A DNA stretch of 64,000 nucleotides from Coriobacteriia bacterium (GTDB lineage Bacteria > Actinomycetota > Coriobacteriia > Anaerosomatales > SLCP01), in the NCBI GenBank assembly GCA_014859265.1, contig JACUUN010000001.1, positions 9,383 through 73,382 on the forward strand, written 5' to 3'. Below, one piece after another: positions 63,494-64,000 of this stretch. The notes under the pieces were generated by a model. That model was not told where the DNA came from and searched no databases. It saw only the letters and a list, made by a program, of their open reading frames with translations. A program made the position numbers and the translations under genes. The number at the start of each line of letters is the position of its first letter. The first letter of the stretch is position 1.

Positions 63494-64000
63494 ACAGCAC
63501 GTCCCTCATCACGCGTCCCCTGAGTCGCTCGTGAAGTCCGTCCGCGCGCACGAAGTCGACTTTCCGGCCGAGGAAGTCCTCAACGTACTCTGCGGCCTCG
63601 ACGAACAGGAAGCCGCCCGGCTCCGGCATCTCCACCAGCAGGTCGACGTCGCTCGTCTCTGTCTGCTCCCCGGTGGCGAACGACCCGAAGACGCCGATGC
63701 GCACGATTCCGAAGCGTTCTTCCAGCTCGCGCCCGTGGGCACGGATGCGAGCGGCGATCTCGCCCAGGTCACGGACGGGAATGACGGCGAGGGATTCACT
63801 GTCAGCAGGTGCGCTGTAGACGGCCTGGGTCTCGTCGGCAGCAAGCGGCAGGTCGGCGGCTGTGTGGACCGCGTCTTCGAGGCCGAGCGCATGCGCGACC
63901 GCGTCTACGCGCTCGAGCGCAGCAGTGCGATAGCCCGACGCCTCCCAGCGGGCGACCTGTTGCTGGGCGACGCCGATGCGCCCACCGAGTTCACGTTGGG
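63477..64000 (-). CDS. mntA: MntA-like nucleotidyltransferase antitoxin with an N-terminal XRE-type HTH; 5' end outside window
   Basis: NTase motif 'GVFGSFATGEQTETSDVDLLV'. The frame stays open upstream to nt 64000 and encodes '..RELGGRIGVAQQQVARWEASGYRTAALERVDAVAHALGL..' (HTH_3-like). The tracked 75-aa ORF is only the part after the first in-frame GTG. Confidence 0.8.
   Translation of the reverse strand, partial: QRELGGRIGVAQQQVARWEASGYRTAALERVDAVAHALGLEDAVHTAADLPLAADETQAVYSAPADSESLAVIPVRDLGEIAARIRAHGRELEERFGIVRIGVFGSFATGEQTETSDVDLLVEMPEPGGFLFVEAAEYVEDFLGRKVDFVRADGLHERLRGRVMRDVLYVWST

Noticed and set aside
1-64000. CRISPR arrays, rRNA genes, IS elements and long tandem repeats.
   Set aside because: I saw no periodic repeat-spacer pattern, no rRNA-like conserved stretches and no transposase or terminal inverted repeats on either strand. 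The only repeats noticed are short intergenic hexamer or decamer duplications and low-complexity Pro/Ala/Gly coding tracts (13570-13620, 14400-14578).

Overview
This is a 64-kb, high-GC, densely coding bacterial chromosomal segment (GC judged by eye at about two-thirds, not computed). I call about 70 CDS and 2 tRNAs (Phe-GAA, Gln-TTG). I saw no rRNA, CRISPR array, transposase or integrase. The gene content suggests an anaerobic Terrabacteria-type organism, either a high-GC Firmicute-like lineage or a deep-branching Actinomycetota lineage. I cannot decide the lineage from sequence alone.

Gene blocks in order:
- 1-2.7 kb: ArsR/thioredoxin/CcdA redox cluster.
- 2.9-5.8 kb: beta-propeller lipoprotein and a coiled-coil M23 hydrolase.
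- 5.9-11.3 kb: tRNA-Phe followed by an accessory-looking islet. It holds an ORF-less spacer, an orphan helical protein, a HEAT-repeat protein coupled to a degenerate HD-GYP protein, and an ImmA-like pseudo-peptidase.
- 11.3-14.6 kb: ROK glucokinase, a DUF362 Fe-S protein and a membrane protein.
- 14.6-27.2 kb: a housekeeping block colinear with B. subtilis yabC-abrB-metS-yabD-yabE-ksgA-veg-ispE-spoVG-glmU-prs-ctc-pth.
- 27.2-37.3 kb: a second M23 hydrolase, ApbE, NfnAB, an orphan LytTR response regulator, the ACT/UPF0210 pair, DUF951, and CapA coupled to a degenerate LytM protein.
- 37.5-46.3 kb: a complete V/A-type ATPase operon carrying an extra 62-aa two-TM ORF between subunits B and D.
- 46.3-51.9 kb: an apparent minus-strand operon cysK, Ni-CODH (cooS) and a NitT/TauT-type ABC transporter.
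- 52.2-56.4 kb: TldD/PmbA and a coiled-coil NlpC/P60 hydrolase.
- 57.1-63.1 kb: an ornithine oxidative-degradation cluster (ord-ortA-ortB, oraS-oraE) split by an antisense VapBC module.
- 63.1-64.0 kb: HepT with an HTH-fused MntA that runs off the window.

Most worth a second look:
- The HEAT/degenerate HD-GYP pair, whose two proteins share an N-terminal module.
- The cysK-cooS-ABC operon.
- The small membrane ORF inside the V-ATPase operon.
- The toxin-antitoxin modules punctuating the ornithine operon.

All family assignments come from motif recognition by eye. No database search was run.
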